Source: an uncultured delta proteobacterium
GTDB lineage: Bacteria; Myxococcota; Kuafuiibacteriia; Kuafuiibacteriales; Kuafuiibacteriaceae
DNA: 64,000 bases
Direction: 5' to 3'
Assembly (NCBI GenBank): GCA_963803435.1
Contig: CAWDML010000009.1
Location: 1,184,001 to 1,248,000 of the forward strand
Part shown: positions 53,331 through 63,585 of the stretch, one piece after another
Position numbering within the stretch: position 1 is the first letter of the stretch
How the letters are laid out: every line of letters starts with the position of its first letter
The notes under the pieces: model-generated
The model's database searches: none
What the model saw: only the letters and a program-made list of their open reading frames with translations
What the model was told of the DNA's origin: nothing
Translations under genes and position numbers: made by a program

Positions 53331-54014
53331 GTGTCGGTCGCCGGGAACGTCCTCAGGAACTCCGCCTCCATCGCGAAGGGCGAGCTGCTCCACTTCTTCG
53401 GGCTGTTCTGGCGCGCGCTCTGGAAGACGACCGCGATCCTCGGCGGGCTCCTGCTGCTCTATCTCCTGATCGGCTGGATCTTCGACGGCGGCAAGTACGG
53501 TCACGAGAGCCCGGTCGTGATGGTCGTGCTCATGATCGTCTACTCGCTGATGATCGGCGTGCAGACCGGCCTGGTGGTCGCGGCCGTGCGCGTGACCTGG
53601 GCGATGGCCGGCCCCTTCATCCTGGTGCCGCTGATCCTGATCCCGCTCGCGGTGGTCGGCGCGTTCTGGCTCTTCTGGGGCCCGCTCGGCAGCGCCGCCG
53701 AGAGCGTGCTCTCCGCGCTGGTCGCCAGCGGCGCCGATCACGACTGGCTCGTGGGGAAGATCGGCCCAGCCGCGCGCATCGGGCCGCCGATCCTGATCAT
53801 CGCGCTCCCGCTGTTCGCGATGGACATGGTCGGCGTCCTGATCGACGGCGGCGTGATCTGGTCGCTCTTCCTCTTCCTCCTCCTCGCCAGCGGCGTCTTC
53901 CTCTTCGGCTTCCTCCCGTCCGCGCTGGTGTCGATGGTGGCGGTGGTCGGCGCTTACCTGCGGAGGTTCGCGCGGCGTCACCGGGAGAAGCTGGCGAACC
54001 TCACGTCGGCGTGA
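53331..54014 (+). CDS. Multi-pass membrane protein of unknown function
   Basis: Strong GC3 bias from GTG 53331; five to six hydrophobic segments. Confidence 0.7.
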   Translation: MSVAGNVLRNSASIAKGELLHFFGLFWRALWKTTAILGGLLLLYLLIGWIFDGGKYGHESPVVMVVLMIVYSLMIGVQTGLVVAAVRVTWAMAGPFILVPLILIPLAVVGAFWLFWGPLGSAAESVLSALVASGADHDWLVGKIGPAARIGPPILIIALPLFAMDMVGVLIDGGVIWSLFLFLLLASGVFLFGFLPSALVSMVAVVGAYLRRFARRHREKLANLTSA

Positions 54015-54149
54015 GCGGGCGCGGGCGGCGCCGGCGAAGACGCGAGCGCAGACGCGACCTCTGCAGCGAAGGCGCCGCCCGTCGGGCAGGACGCCTGTGG
54101 TAGGTTCGAGTCTGGCGATGTCGGGTGGGCTCGATCGGATGTTCGCCTC

Positions 54150-54500
54150 CGGTGGCGAGCTCGGTCGCAGAGCGCATTGGGGCCGATGAGCGCTGGCCTC
54201 AGAGTCTTCGCTCGGTGCTCAGCATTTGCCTCGGCTCGCGGTTTCCGATCGCGATCGACACCACGCGTACGTACGCCCGACGAGGCCTGCCAGATCGCCG
54301 CCTGAACGACGCCGTGTGACCGCTCGCGCAGGTGGCCGCGGGCACGCTCGCGGTCGCCGGCGACCTGAGGACGCGCTTCGCGGCGACGCTTCCCGGCGGC
54401 CCTTGGCCGGAGCCCGCGACCACCGCGTTCGTCGCACCGCTGACGTCGAGCGGCGGTCTGACCGGCTTCATGATCGTGGGCGCGAGCGGGCGCCGACTCG
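54150..54500 (+). pseudogene. Remnant of a PAS/GAF hybrid histidine kinase
   Basis: WPQSLRSVLSICLGSRFPIAI and LPGGPWPEPATTAFVAPL...GFMIVGAS fragments lie adjacent with the normal intervening sequence missing. Confidence 0.5.
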
Positions 54501-54619
54501 CCGTCGCACTCTTGAAGCGGCGGAGACCAGGGGCAGAACCCGGGGTTTCTCGGCCGAAAGGAGAGAAAACGACACATCAGAAAAAAATGAGAGCGCGGAT
54601 CTCGTAGAGGACTTCATTC

Positions 54620-56885
54620 ATGCGCTTCGACCTTCTCTGCTCGATCGCACTCATTGGACTGCTCGGTATGGCCATCCCGTCGGAGGGATCGGCGCAGGTG
54701 GCCGGATTCGGAACGACCGACGAGGCGCGGGCGGAAGACACGAACGGTGATGGAGCGTTCGAGGATCTCGCGCGCGACTGCACCTATCAGCTCACCATCC
54801 GGCGATTCGCGGGGATCGCCGTGGACCGAACACTCCTCAGCTTCGATCTCGGTGCCTTGCCACCCGGGAGCACCCTTCTCACGGCGAGCCTCGAGATTCG
54901 AATCTCATCGTTCACGAGCTCCTCGCACGACGTCGGTATCTACGCGTTCGCCGGTGACGGTCTCGTCACCCTCTCGGATGCGACCGCGACCGGCGGACAA
55001 CTGGTCGGGCAGTACAGCCCGCCCGGTCTCGGGCTCGGTGACCATTCGATTGCGCTCGACGCTCCGGCGATCGCGGCACTGGGAGCAACCGGTCCGGTCG
55101 AGCTCAGGCTCGAGGGTCTCGCGGAGAACGTGAATACTGGGATTAACGCGACCGGGTGCGCATCGGTGCCAGGGCCACGCTTGGTCATCGGCTACTATCT
55201 GCCTCCCCCAACGGTCTCTCAGATCGTCACCACCGGGCAGCCCAGCTATTGGGCGCTCTTCGGCTTCGATGGAGCGAGCTGGGTCCCGGCCGTCCCAGGC
55301 CAGGCGTACCTGGAGTATCGGCTCGAATCTCACCAACGTGGCGCCTGCGCCCTCGCCCGATGCGGGCGTGGTGGACACGGGCGTTCCGCCCGACAGCGGC
55401 GTTCCGCCCGACAGCGGCGTTCCGCCCGACAGCGGCGTTCCGCCCGACAGCGGCGTTCCGCCCGATGCGGGCTTCATCGATGCCGGCTTCGTCGACGCGG
55501 GCCTGGCTTCGGACGCGGGATCGCCGGACACCGGGACGGTTGGCGGTCTTCCTCCGTACTCGGGCGGGACGTGCCCGATGCTCGCCTTCGCGACGAGCAA
55601 CAGCGCATCGGGAGACAACGCGTTCCTCTCCGATGGCCGGAACCGCACCGTGCGCTTGATCCGCTCCGGCAGCGCACCGAACCCGGCCATCATCTTCACG
55701 TTCCATGCGCGAGGAAGTCAGCCCGGATGGGGGATCGACGATCTCGGCCTCGCGGGCGGCAACGCCGGCAACTACATCATCGTCGCGCCGAGCGCGGTCG
55801 GGAACGGCAATTTTGTCAGCGGGTCCGAGCAGTGGAGGTTCGATGGTCCGCCGAGCACGAACCCGGACGTAATCCTCTTCGACGACCTCTTGACATGCCT
55901 CCACACCCAGGTCGGCGTGAACCTCGATCGTATCTCGGCGAGCGGATTCTCCGCTGGCGGTCTCTTCACCTCCTATCTCTTGATGCATCGATCCGATCGC
56001 TTGTCGGCCGCCGCCGTGATGTCCGGTGGCCTCATCGATTCGAGCGAGTACCAGGCGCCCACCGCCCAACCTCCAACCATGATCGTGTGGGGCGGAACGA
56101 GCGACGCCAACTATCAATGGGGTCAGTCGGTCGATCCACTCTATGAGTCGGCCCCATACACACACAGCTTCGATCTGGCCGCGAACGACTTCGCGGATCG
56201 TCTGGAGCTGAACGGCCAACTCGTCGTGCGCTGCAATCACGGCAGTGGCCATGAGCCGGGACCGGTCTCGAACGACCCGAGCCGCGGCGGGTACGTGTGG
56301 CCGCAGAACTGGCCGTTCCGCTATCTTTACGATCACGTGCGCGGTCAGCCGAGCCCCTATGAGACGAGCTTCCCTGCCGGTACGATGCCCTCGAGCTGCA
56401 CGCTTCCGCCGCCGCCGCCGCCGAACCCGGACCTGCTGCCCTGCCTGGTGGGCGGCAACGTCATCAATTTCGACGGCCAGGCGGGTGACTACATCCATCC
56501 GACCGACGACACGGTCATCGATGGCTCATGGTCCCTGAGCTCTTCACCGACGACTTCCACGCCGGAGTTCGTCAGGGTCTATGTGGTGCCGACGAACACG
56601 GCGCAGGGCCTCTGGTGGAACCTGGTGTTCGAGAGCCCCTTCAACGGGACGCCGCTGCAGGTCGGCGACTACCCGCTCGCGTCACGCTGGCCATTCAACC
56701 CGCAGGGCACCGCCGGTCTCGACGTCACCGGCGACGGTCGCGGCTGCAACCAAAGCTCGGGCCTCTTCCACGTGTACGAGCTGGCGGCCACCAACGGAGT
56801 CGTCACCCGCTTCACCGCGACCTTCGAACAGTCCTGCGAGCTCATCCACCCGCCGCTACGCGGTTGCGTACACTTCGAGCAGTAG
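54620..56885 (+). CDS. Secreted modular alpha/beta-hydrolase (PHB depolymerase/esterase-like); one frameshift at 55325-55329
   Basis: Signal peptide; RTLLSFDL...ASLEI beta-sandwich-like domain; PPDSGV linker; IFTFHARG, DRISASGFSAGG nucleophile elbow, HGSGH; C-terminal GRGCN...FEQSCE domain. Confidence 0.75.
55380..55465 (+). repeat. Coding 18-bp tandem repeat (GGCGTTCCGCCCGACAGC, four full copies plus a partial)
   Basis: Exact repeats encoding a GVPPDS linker. Confidence 0.95.
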
Positions 56886-57050
56886 AGGGAAGCTACTCCT
56901 GCGTCGTGCGCTGCAATTCGACGGCAAGGCGTGGACGCAGCGGCATCGAAACTGGCTGCGCACGCTTGGGTCGGTGAGGAAGTCGAGGGCCTCGTCGTCG
57001 AGCTCGATGTAGGCGCCATCGAGGACGGGGACGTGCAGATGAGGATAGAG
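56886..57050 (+). pseudogene. Short IS110-family transposase remnant
   Basis: GKLLLRRALQFDGKAWTQRHRNWLRTL resembles the IS110 helical linker region. Confidence 0.45.
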
Positions 57051-57099
57051 CTCGCTCGCTCGAGCAAGAGCTGTCGTGGCGCGGCGGCCCGCGGCGGGC

Positions 57100-57858
57100 T
57101 CACCTCTGCCACCACGTCTGATAGAGGATCACGCCCGTGGCGACCGAGAGGTTGAGCGAGTCGACACGGCCGGTGATGGGAATCCGGGCGACCTCGTCGG
57201 AGAGGGCGCATTGCTCCGGCGACATCCCGCCGCGCTCGCAGCCGATCATGATCACCGAGGGCGAGCGGAGCCGGACCTTGCGGAGGTCGCGCGTCGCGCG
57301 GGCGGAGGTGCCGAGGACGAAGGCGCCGGTGCGCCGGCGCCAGCGGTCGAGGTCGTGCGGGGTGGTGCGCACGATGGGGAGCAGGAAGATGGCGCCCATC
57401 GAGGCGCGTACGACCGCCGGATCGAAGGGATCGACGCGGTCGCCGAGAAAGAGCACGCCGCCTGCGTCGAAGGCGGCCGCGGTCCTGATCGTCGAGCCGA
57501 GGTTGCCGCGGGAGCGGACCTCCTCGAAGCAGAGCCAGGGGCCGCGCTTGGAACGCATCGGCAGAGACCCGAAGGTCCGCCGCACCACGGCGCCCAGGCC
57601 CGAGGGCTCCCGGGCCGAGGAGATCGACGCGAACTCGCTCGGTGTGGTCTCGACGATCGGGCCTCGGTAGCGATCGAGGAGCTTGTCGAGCGTGGGGCTG
57701 AGGCGTCGTTTCCGCGGGAGCACGAGGCATTCGACGTGCGCGCGGGTGGTCAGCGCACTGATCACGAAGCGCTGCCCTTCGACGAAGAAGCAGTCGGTTC
57801 GCTCTCGCTCTTCCCGATTGGAGAGCGCGCGGATGGAATCCAGGTGGAACGCGCTCAT
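57100..57858 (-). CDS. TrmH/SpoU-family RNA 2'-O-methyltransferase
   Basis: FFVEG, GNLGSTIRTAAAF, DPFDPAVVRASMGA, IGCERGGM, IPITGRVDSLNLSVA. Confidence 0.9.
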   Translation of the reverse strand: MSAFHLDSIRALSNREERERTDCFFVEGQRFVISALTTRAHVECLVLPRKRRLSPTLDKLLDRYRGPIVETTPSEFASISSAREPSGLGAVVRRTFGSLPMRSKRGPWLCFEEVRSRGNLGSTIRTAAAFDAGGVLFLGDRVDPFDPAVVRASMGAIFLLPIVRTTPHDLDRWRRRTGAFVLGTSARATRDLRKVRLRSPSVIMIGCERGGMSPEQCALSDEVARIPITGRVDSLNLSVATGVILYQTWWQR

Positions 57859-57946
57859 GCGACGAGCGCGCGGAGTACCTCCTCGAGGGTCTGGGTCATG
57901 GCGGAATTGGAGCGGAAACGCGGTGGGTTGTCCAGCGCGGAGCCCG

Positions 57947-59212
57947 TCAGTTGCGCTCGAAGCTAGACACCCGCTGCTTCGCGAACGCCGAGATGACCCG
58001 CACGACATCACGTTGGCTCGCGGAGTGGCTGAGCACCTCGTCGAGCGGAATCTCGACGAGCGCGAAGCTGGCGATGGGGAGGATCTGTGCCTGGCGGGAG
58101 AGCAAAACGACGCGCGGTCCCTCGGGCGGCGTCTCGTTCGCGCGGTCATGCCAGTGCGAGATGCGGCGGCCTGTTCCCTCGCACGCGGCGTGCATCTCCT
58201 CCGCCCACTGGGCGTCGCGGTAGCCGTACGCGATCACGACGTCGGCGCGCGGCGGGATCCCCAGCTTCGGCGGTTCGCGGAGCCGTGCCTCGAGGGCGCG
58301 GCTGCGGAGCTCGCCGCGAGCATATTGGACGCTCGGGTGGCGAGCACCGTGCCAGCCTTCGTCCGATCCATCGCGGGCCTTCGCGATCTCGTCGATCGCC
58401 CTCCGATGATCACCGCGAGCGATCGCGATCTCGGCGCGGACCAGGGCGAGGTCGATCGAGATCGTCCCGTAGCCAGAGTCGAGCGCGATGCGGCGCGCCT
58501 CGGCGAGTGGGCCGGCTGCATGCGCTTCGATATTTGGGGGGTTTGCGAGGAGCGCCGCTCTCGCTCGCTCGAGGTGGACGCGCGCCAAGAGCTCGCGATC
58601 GCCGTGCTGCGCGGCCCATTCGCGGGCGACCTCGAGGTGGCCGAGCGTTCGAGCGTGCTCGCCCTTCTCGCGCGCGATCTCTGCCAGGAAGAGGGAGAGA
58701 TAGGCCAGGACCGTGCCGCCGAGCTCGATCAGGTGTGGGAACGCCTCGCGGCGGCTGTCCCGGACGAAGCGCTCCTCGGCCCGCGTCTTGGCGGGCTCGC
58801 CGCTTCGGGCGAACAGATCGGCCGCGGCCAACAGCGACGTGCGTGCCTCGGGGGCACGGCCGGCGAGGACCTCGAGCTCGGCCAGGTTCTGCAGCGCGAT
58901 CGTCGCGAGCCAAGGACGGCCCAGCTTCGACGCGAGCTCGGCCGACCGGCGAAAGCAAATCGAGGCTGCGTCGAGCTGGCCCAGACGATCGAGGTAGAGG
59001 CCCCATTCGTTGAAGAATGCGGCGGTCTCCGTGGGCGCGAGCGCCGGCGTCACCACCGAGGACGGAGGGGCTCCGTTCACGAACATCCGAACGAGACCCT
59101 CACCGCGTGCGTAGGCGCCGCGCTGAGCCCCTAGGACGGCGAAGCCTCCGAGCTGCTGGTGATAGAAGGACCACGCCTCCTCGATCGCCCCGGCGCCGAT
59201 CATGTGGAACAC
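57947..59212 (-). CDS. TPR-rich protein, probably the 3' part of a larger decayed gene, with a possible TIR-like C-terminal remnant
   Basis: GLYLDRLGQLDAASICFRRS, ALQNLAELEVLAGR TPR-like repeats; DVVIAYGYRDAQWAE; no clear start or RBS. Confidence 0.5.
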   Translation of the reverse strand: MFHMIGAGAIEEAWSFYHQQLGGFAVLGAQRGAYARGEGLVRMFVNGAPPSSVVTPALAPTETAAFFNEWGLYLDRLGQLDAASICFRRSAELASKLGRPWLATIALQNLAELEVLAGRAPEARTSLLAAADLFARSGEPAKTRAEERFVRDSRREAFPHLIELGGTVLAYLSLFLAEIAREKGEHARTLGHLEVAREWAAQHGDRELLARVHLERARAALLANPPNIEAHAAGPLAEARRIALDSGYGTISIDLALVRAEIAIARGDHRRAIDEIAKARDGSDEGWHGARHPSVQYARGELRSRALEARLREPPKLGIPPRADVVIAYGYRDAQWAEEMHAACEGTGRRISHWHDRANETPPEGPRVVLLSRQAQILPIASFALVEIPLDEVLSHSASQRDVVRVISAFAKQRVSSFERN

Positions 59213-60208
59213 GAGATCGTCGGCGTTCGCTGGGGCGTGCGACGGGCTCCCGGGCCACCCGACCAGGTTCCCGCTCGCCGCACGCCTCGCTTCGCGCCCG
59301 AGGGGCTGCGTTCCTCGAGGCGCACACCGGACGGCGCCGCGGCGCGCTCGCCCTCTCCCACGGCACCGGCGAGGTGGCGCTCCTCGAAGAAACCGGCGCG
59401 CTCAGCGAAGAATCGTGACCACGATCCCAGGGAAGCGGCGTCGGTTCCGGGCCTGACCCTCAAGGTCCGTGTGGGCGACTTCGAGAGGTCCGACGATCGC
59501 ATCGCGGTCACCGTCGCCGGCGAAGGCTCCGCGATCGGCTTCAGCCCCTACGGTGGTGTGCCTCGACGATGACGTGATCCGGCCCGCGGACGCCGTTGAA
59601 CCCACGCCTCGGAGCTGCTGAGCATCGACCTTCATCGCTGCTTGCACTTCGATGGGCTTCTCTGCACGGGGCGCGACCCCGGACCTCGGCGCGCCGAGGT
59701 TTTCGATCAAGCAGTCGAGCGTGCTCGGATCGCCCTCGATCAGCATCGGCTCATCCGCCTGAACTCGGTGTCCTCTTGGCGGAGGAATCGGATCAACGTC
59801 GAGGTGCGGCAGGTGACGGTCAGCGTCGGCGAGTCGACGACGCGCTGGACGAAGAGGCGCTCCTTACGGGATCGAGCGAAGCTCCAGATCTCGGGCTCGT
59901 CGTCGTCGCGTCGAAGCGGCGAGCGAGCTCGAGATCGAGATCGGGGACCTGCGCCCGCCTACGTGCTCTCGCTGAGCGACGAGCGGCGCACGGCCTTGGC
60001 CGATCGCCTGCGGACGATGCCCCCGGCGCGCTCGGACGGATCGATCGCGCGGACGGCTCGGGCGTGAGCCGTCCGCGGGTTCGTCTGACTGTCTAGGTGT
60101 TGGCTCCAACCACCAGATCGACGGATCTCGACTGCACTCGGTGCTGCGTCTTCGGGCGCATCCTCCTTTTGCCGGAACCTCCCGTGGGCTCGGGCGATAA
60201 GCTCTCCG

Positions 60209-62950
60209 ATGGGGCGCCGCATCAGCAGGAGCGAAGACGCCTCGACGAACGAGCGATGGAAGGCGTCGGAGCGCCGCCCCGGTCGGGCGGACGCGGGGCG
60301 CCGAGCCCCGCAGGCTGAGCGCCGGGCGCTCCTCGAGGAGGCCCGGCTCGCCGCCGCCCTCGGCTCCGACCCGCACAGCCGGCAGCGCCCGCTGCGGGAC
60401 GAGCTCGACCTCGTCCGCGGTCTGCTGCGAGACGTGGTGAACCGCTCGGAGGGCCCGGCGGCGCACGAGCGGATGGGACGTCTCGAGCGTCTCGCCCGAG
60501 CGGCAGCGCCCGAAGGCCCGGCCTGCGTCTCGCTGCGGTCGACCTCGGGCCCGCCCTCGCGGACGCGGGCGCTCGATCGCCTGGCAGTGGAGATCGGCCG
60601 GCTCGGGACGAGCGAGCTCAGGGACGTCGCGCACGCCTTCTCGGTCGACCTCGCCCTTCTCAACCGGGTCGAGGAGCAGCAGCGCAAGCGCTGCCTGGAC
60701 CTCCAGCCGCTGGCCCCAGCGCCTGCGCCCGCCGACTCCCTCGAAGGTGCTCTGAGCCGGATGAAGTGCGACGGCGTTCCGATCTCGGCTGCGCTCGAGC
60801 GGCTCGCCGCGATCCGCCTGACCTTCACGCTCACCGCCCACCCGACGCAGCTCCAGCGCCCGGAGCTTCTCCAGCGCTTCCGCCGCGTCTCTGACGGCCT
60901 GCTGGCGCGCGAGGGCTCTCGAACCGTCGAGGAGCTCTCCGGTCGGACCGAAGCGCTGCGCCTGGCGCTGGACGGGCTCTGGTCCACCGATCCGGTCCGC
61001 GAAGGGCGCCCCTCCGTCGCGGACGAGATCGAGGTCGCGAACGGCTACTACGAGGCGGCGCTCCTCGACGCGCTGATCCCCCTCTACGAGCGGCTCGCCT
61101 CGGCCGTCGGCAAGGTCTACGGCGTCGACCTCTCCAGCGAACAGCTGCCGCATCTGATCCGCTACGCGTCGTGGGTCGGCGGTGACGGGGACGGCAACCC
61201 GTTCGTCGACGGTGGTACGCTCCGCGGCGCCCTCAATCGAGCGCACCGGACCGTCGTTGCCCGGCATCAGCGCCGGCTGCAGGAGATCGGAGACCTACTC
61301 CGCGCCAAGCACGCCGGCCGGAGAGTCCGCCCGTCGCTGGAGATCGTCGCGCGAGCGGAGGCACGTCTTCGAGACGATCTGGAGGGTCCCCGGCGCTGCT
61401 CACTCGAGGGGCTGCGCTCCAATCTCATCGAGCTCAGAGCTGCGGTGAAGGGGCTCGATCGGCGCGCGGCGCGGACCGTCACCGCCCTGCTCCGCGAGCT
61501 CGACGCCCGAGGGCTCTACCTTCACACCGTCGACGTCCGGCAGCACGCCCGGGTCCACGCGGGGCTGCTCGACGAGCTCCGCCGGGGCGCCCCGCTCTCG
61601 GAGAGCTCTCGGCGCGCGGCCAGCGCCCTCGACGCCATCCGGGAGGTCAAGAGCGGCGACAGCCCTCAGGCCGTCGAGAGCTACATCATCAGCGGCGCCT
61701 CCAGCGCTCAGGACCTCTTCGACCTGATGGAGCTCGCCGAGCGCCACGGCGTCGACCCGCGCCGTCGCGGCGATGACCCCGGGCTCATGTTGGTCCCGCT
61801 CTTCGAGACCATCGAAGATCTGCGGCATGCGCCCAAGATCCTCGCCGAGCTCCTCGAGCATCCGGAGTACCGGGAGCTGGTTCGCTCGTGGGGAGACCGC
61901 GTTCAGATCATGGTTGGGTACTCCGACTCGAACAAGGATGGCGGCATGCTCACCAGCAACTGGGAGGTCGATCGGGCCATCTCGCGCCTGAGCGAAGTGG
62001 GCGCCGCCGCCGGGGTCGAGGTCGAGTTCTTCCACGGCAGCGGTGGGACCGTCAGCCGCGGCGGGCGCTCGATCTACGATCGGATCCGCGCCCAGCCGGC
62101 GGGTTCCTTCAGCGGCGCGCTGAAGGTCACCGAGCAGGGCGAGGTCCTGGAGTGGAAGTATTCGAGCCGGGACATCGCGTGCCGAAACCTGGAGATCGCC
62201 GTCTCTGGCGCCCTCGAGCGACTCCGAGAGAGCGACGCGATCCCCCCGAACCCGGAGCACACGGCGATCATGGACGATCTCTCACTCCGCGCCTTCGCCG
62301 CCTACCGAGCCGGGATCTACGACAATCCGGACGCGCTCGCCCTGTTCGAGCAAGCGACTCCATTCCGCCATCTCGACCGCGCCAACGCCGGCTCGCGCCC
62401 GTCGAAGCGGGGCGACCTCGCCGGGATCGACGACACCCGCGCCATCCCCTGGAACTTCGGCTGGCTGCAGGCGCGCTTCACCTTGCCCGGATGGTTCGGG
62501 GTCGGGACCGCGCTCGAGGGCTACCTCGCCGAGCACCCGGAGTCCCTTCCGATCGTCCAGTCGATGGCCAGCGAACACCCGGCGCTCCGGGCGCTCCTCT
62601 TCGATGTCTCCCAGAGCCTCGCCCAGTCCGACCTCGAGATGGCCGAACGCTACGCCGCCCTGAACGCCGATCCCGGCGCCCGGGCTCGCTTCGTCACGCT
62701 GATCCGGGACGAGCAGCAGCGGACGGTGCGCGCCCTCTCCCGGGTGATGGGCCGGGGAGACCTCATCGCGGATCGTGCGGTGCTCAAGAGCTCCATCGAT
62801 CGCCGCAGGGCCGCGCTCGACATCCTCAACGTCTGCCAGATCGAGCTCCTCCGCCGGGGCCGCGCCGGCGGAGACGCCGATCCCGAGCTCGAGTCTGCCC
62901 TGGTCTCCACGATGCAAGGGCTCTCTCAGGGGCTCCGCGGCAGCGGGTGA
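60209..62950 (+). CDS. ppc: Phosphoenolpyruvate carboxylase, divergent at key residues
   Basis: LTAHPTQ, PSVADE, SWVGGDGDGNP, VPLFET, MVGYSDSNKDGG, FHGSGGTVSRGG, TEQGE, GSRPSKR, RAIPW, LPGWFG. Confidence 0.9.
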   Translation: MGRRISRSEDASTNERWKASERRPGRADAGRRAPQAERRALLEEARLAAALGSDPHSRQRPLRDELDLVRGLLRDVVNRSEGPAAHERMGRLERLARAAAPEGPACVSLRSTSGPPSRTRALDRLAVEIGRLGTSELRDVAHAFSVDLALLNRVEEQQRKRCLDLQPLAPAPAPADSLEGALSRMKCDGVPISAALERLAAIRLTFTLTAHPTQLQRPELLQRFRRVSDGLLAREGSRTVEELSGRTEALRLALDGLWSTDPVREGRPSVADEIEVANGYYEAALLDALIPLYERLASAVGKVYGVDLSSEQLPHLIRYASWVGGDGDGNPFVDGGTLRGALNRAHRTVVARHQRRLQEIGDLLRAKHAGRRVRPSLEIVARAEARLRDDLEGPRRCSLEGLRSNLIELRAAVKGLDRRAARTVTALLRELDARGLYLHTVDVRQHARVHAGLLDELRRGAPLSESSRRAASALDAIREVKSGDSPQAVESYIISGASSAQDLFDLMELAERHGVDPRRRGDDPGLMLVPLFETIEDLRHAPKILAELLEHPEYRELVRSWGDRVQIMVGYSDSNKDGGMLTSNWEVDRAISRLSEVGAAAGVEVEFFHGSGGTVSRGGRSIYDRIRAQPAGSFSGALKVTEQGEVLEWKYSSRDIACRNLEIAVSGALERLRESDAIPPNPEHTAIMDDLSLRAFAAYRAGIYDNPDALALFEQATPFRHLDRANAGSRPSKRGDLAGIDDTRAIPWNFGWLQARFTLPGWFGVGTALEGYLAEHPESLPIVQSMASEHPALRALLFDVSQSLAQSDLEMAERYAALNADPGARARFVTLIRDEQQRTVRALSRVMGRGDLIADRAVLKSSIDRRRAALDILNVCQIELLRRGRAGGDADPELESALVSTMQGLSQGLRGSG

Positions 62951-63004
62951 GGTCGGTCGAAGCACCTGAACCAAGGATCGAAGGACGGATCGCGCCCGAG
63001 CAGC

Positions 63005-63585
63005 TCATGATAGAGCGAGAGTCCTGGTTCGTGGCTCGAGCGCTGGAGGGCAATGAAACCCGCCCGCGTACCCGATCGGCTGGGAGAACAGGTTTGGGTG
63101 CCCGGCGCTCGCCAGCCAGTTGGCCCGGTCGGGGAGGCGTCCCTTCAGCCGTGAGGTCAGGAGCCCGTGGGCGAGGTCCGCCCGGTCCGAGTCGTTCCGC
63201 TCGCCGGCGTGGATCAAGAGATCGATCTCGGCCTTCGCGAGGATCTCCATCCACTCGTGTCCGATGAACGCGCTGCGGGACGCGAGCAGCCGCTCGACGA
63301 GATCGATCGGCATCGTGTCGCCGGTCTCTGAATGCCGCGCGCAGAGCTGCACCACCTCCCGCGCCATGTCCCAGGCCAGGCGCCTCGGGCTCATGCCGAA
63401 GAGACCGCGCCGGCTCGACGCGAAGTGGAGCAGGTGGCCGAGCTCGTGGGCGAGGGCGAGCACGGTGTCGTAGTCGAGGAGCGGTCGACCCCCGGGCGAG
63501 CTCGGGAGGCTCGCGACGATCCACGCAGCGCGAGGCGTCGCCTCCTCGCCGTCGAAGGGAACGCCGTTCATCCAGACGCCGCCTG
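63005..63585 (-). pseudogene. M3 oligopeptidase fragment
   Basis: LLDYDTVLALAHELGHLLH, ARHSETG..P..L..RL, GYAGG; the segment that normally carries the third zinc ligand (ELPSQ) is absent. Confidence 0.65.

Noticed and set aside
55380-55465. Possible CRISPR-like array
   Set aside because: Head-to-tail 18-bp repeats without spacers, in frame as a GVPPDS linker; no cas genes.
59402-60100. Short ORFs upstream of ppc
   Set aside because: Fragmentary on both strands with no recognisable family.
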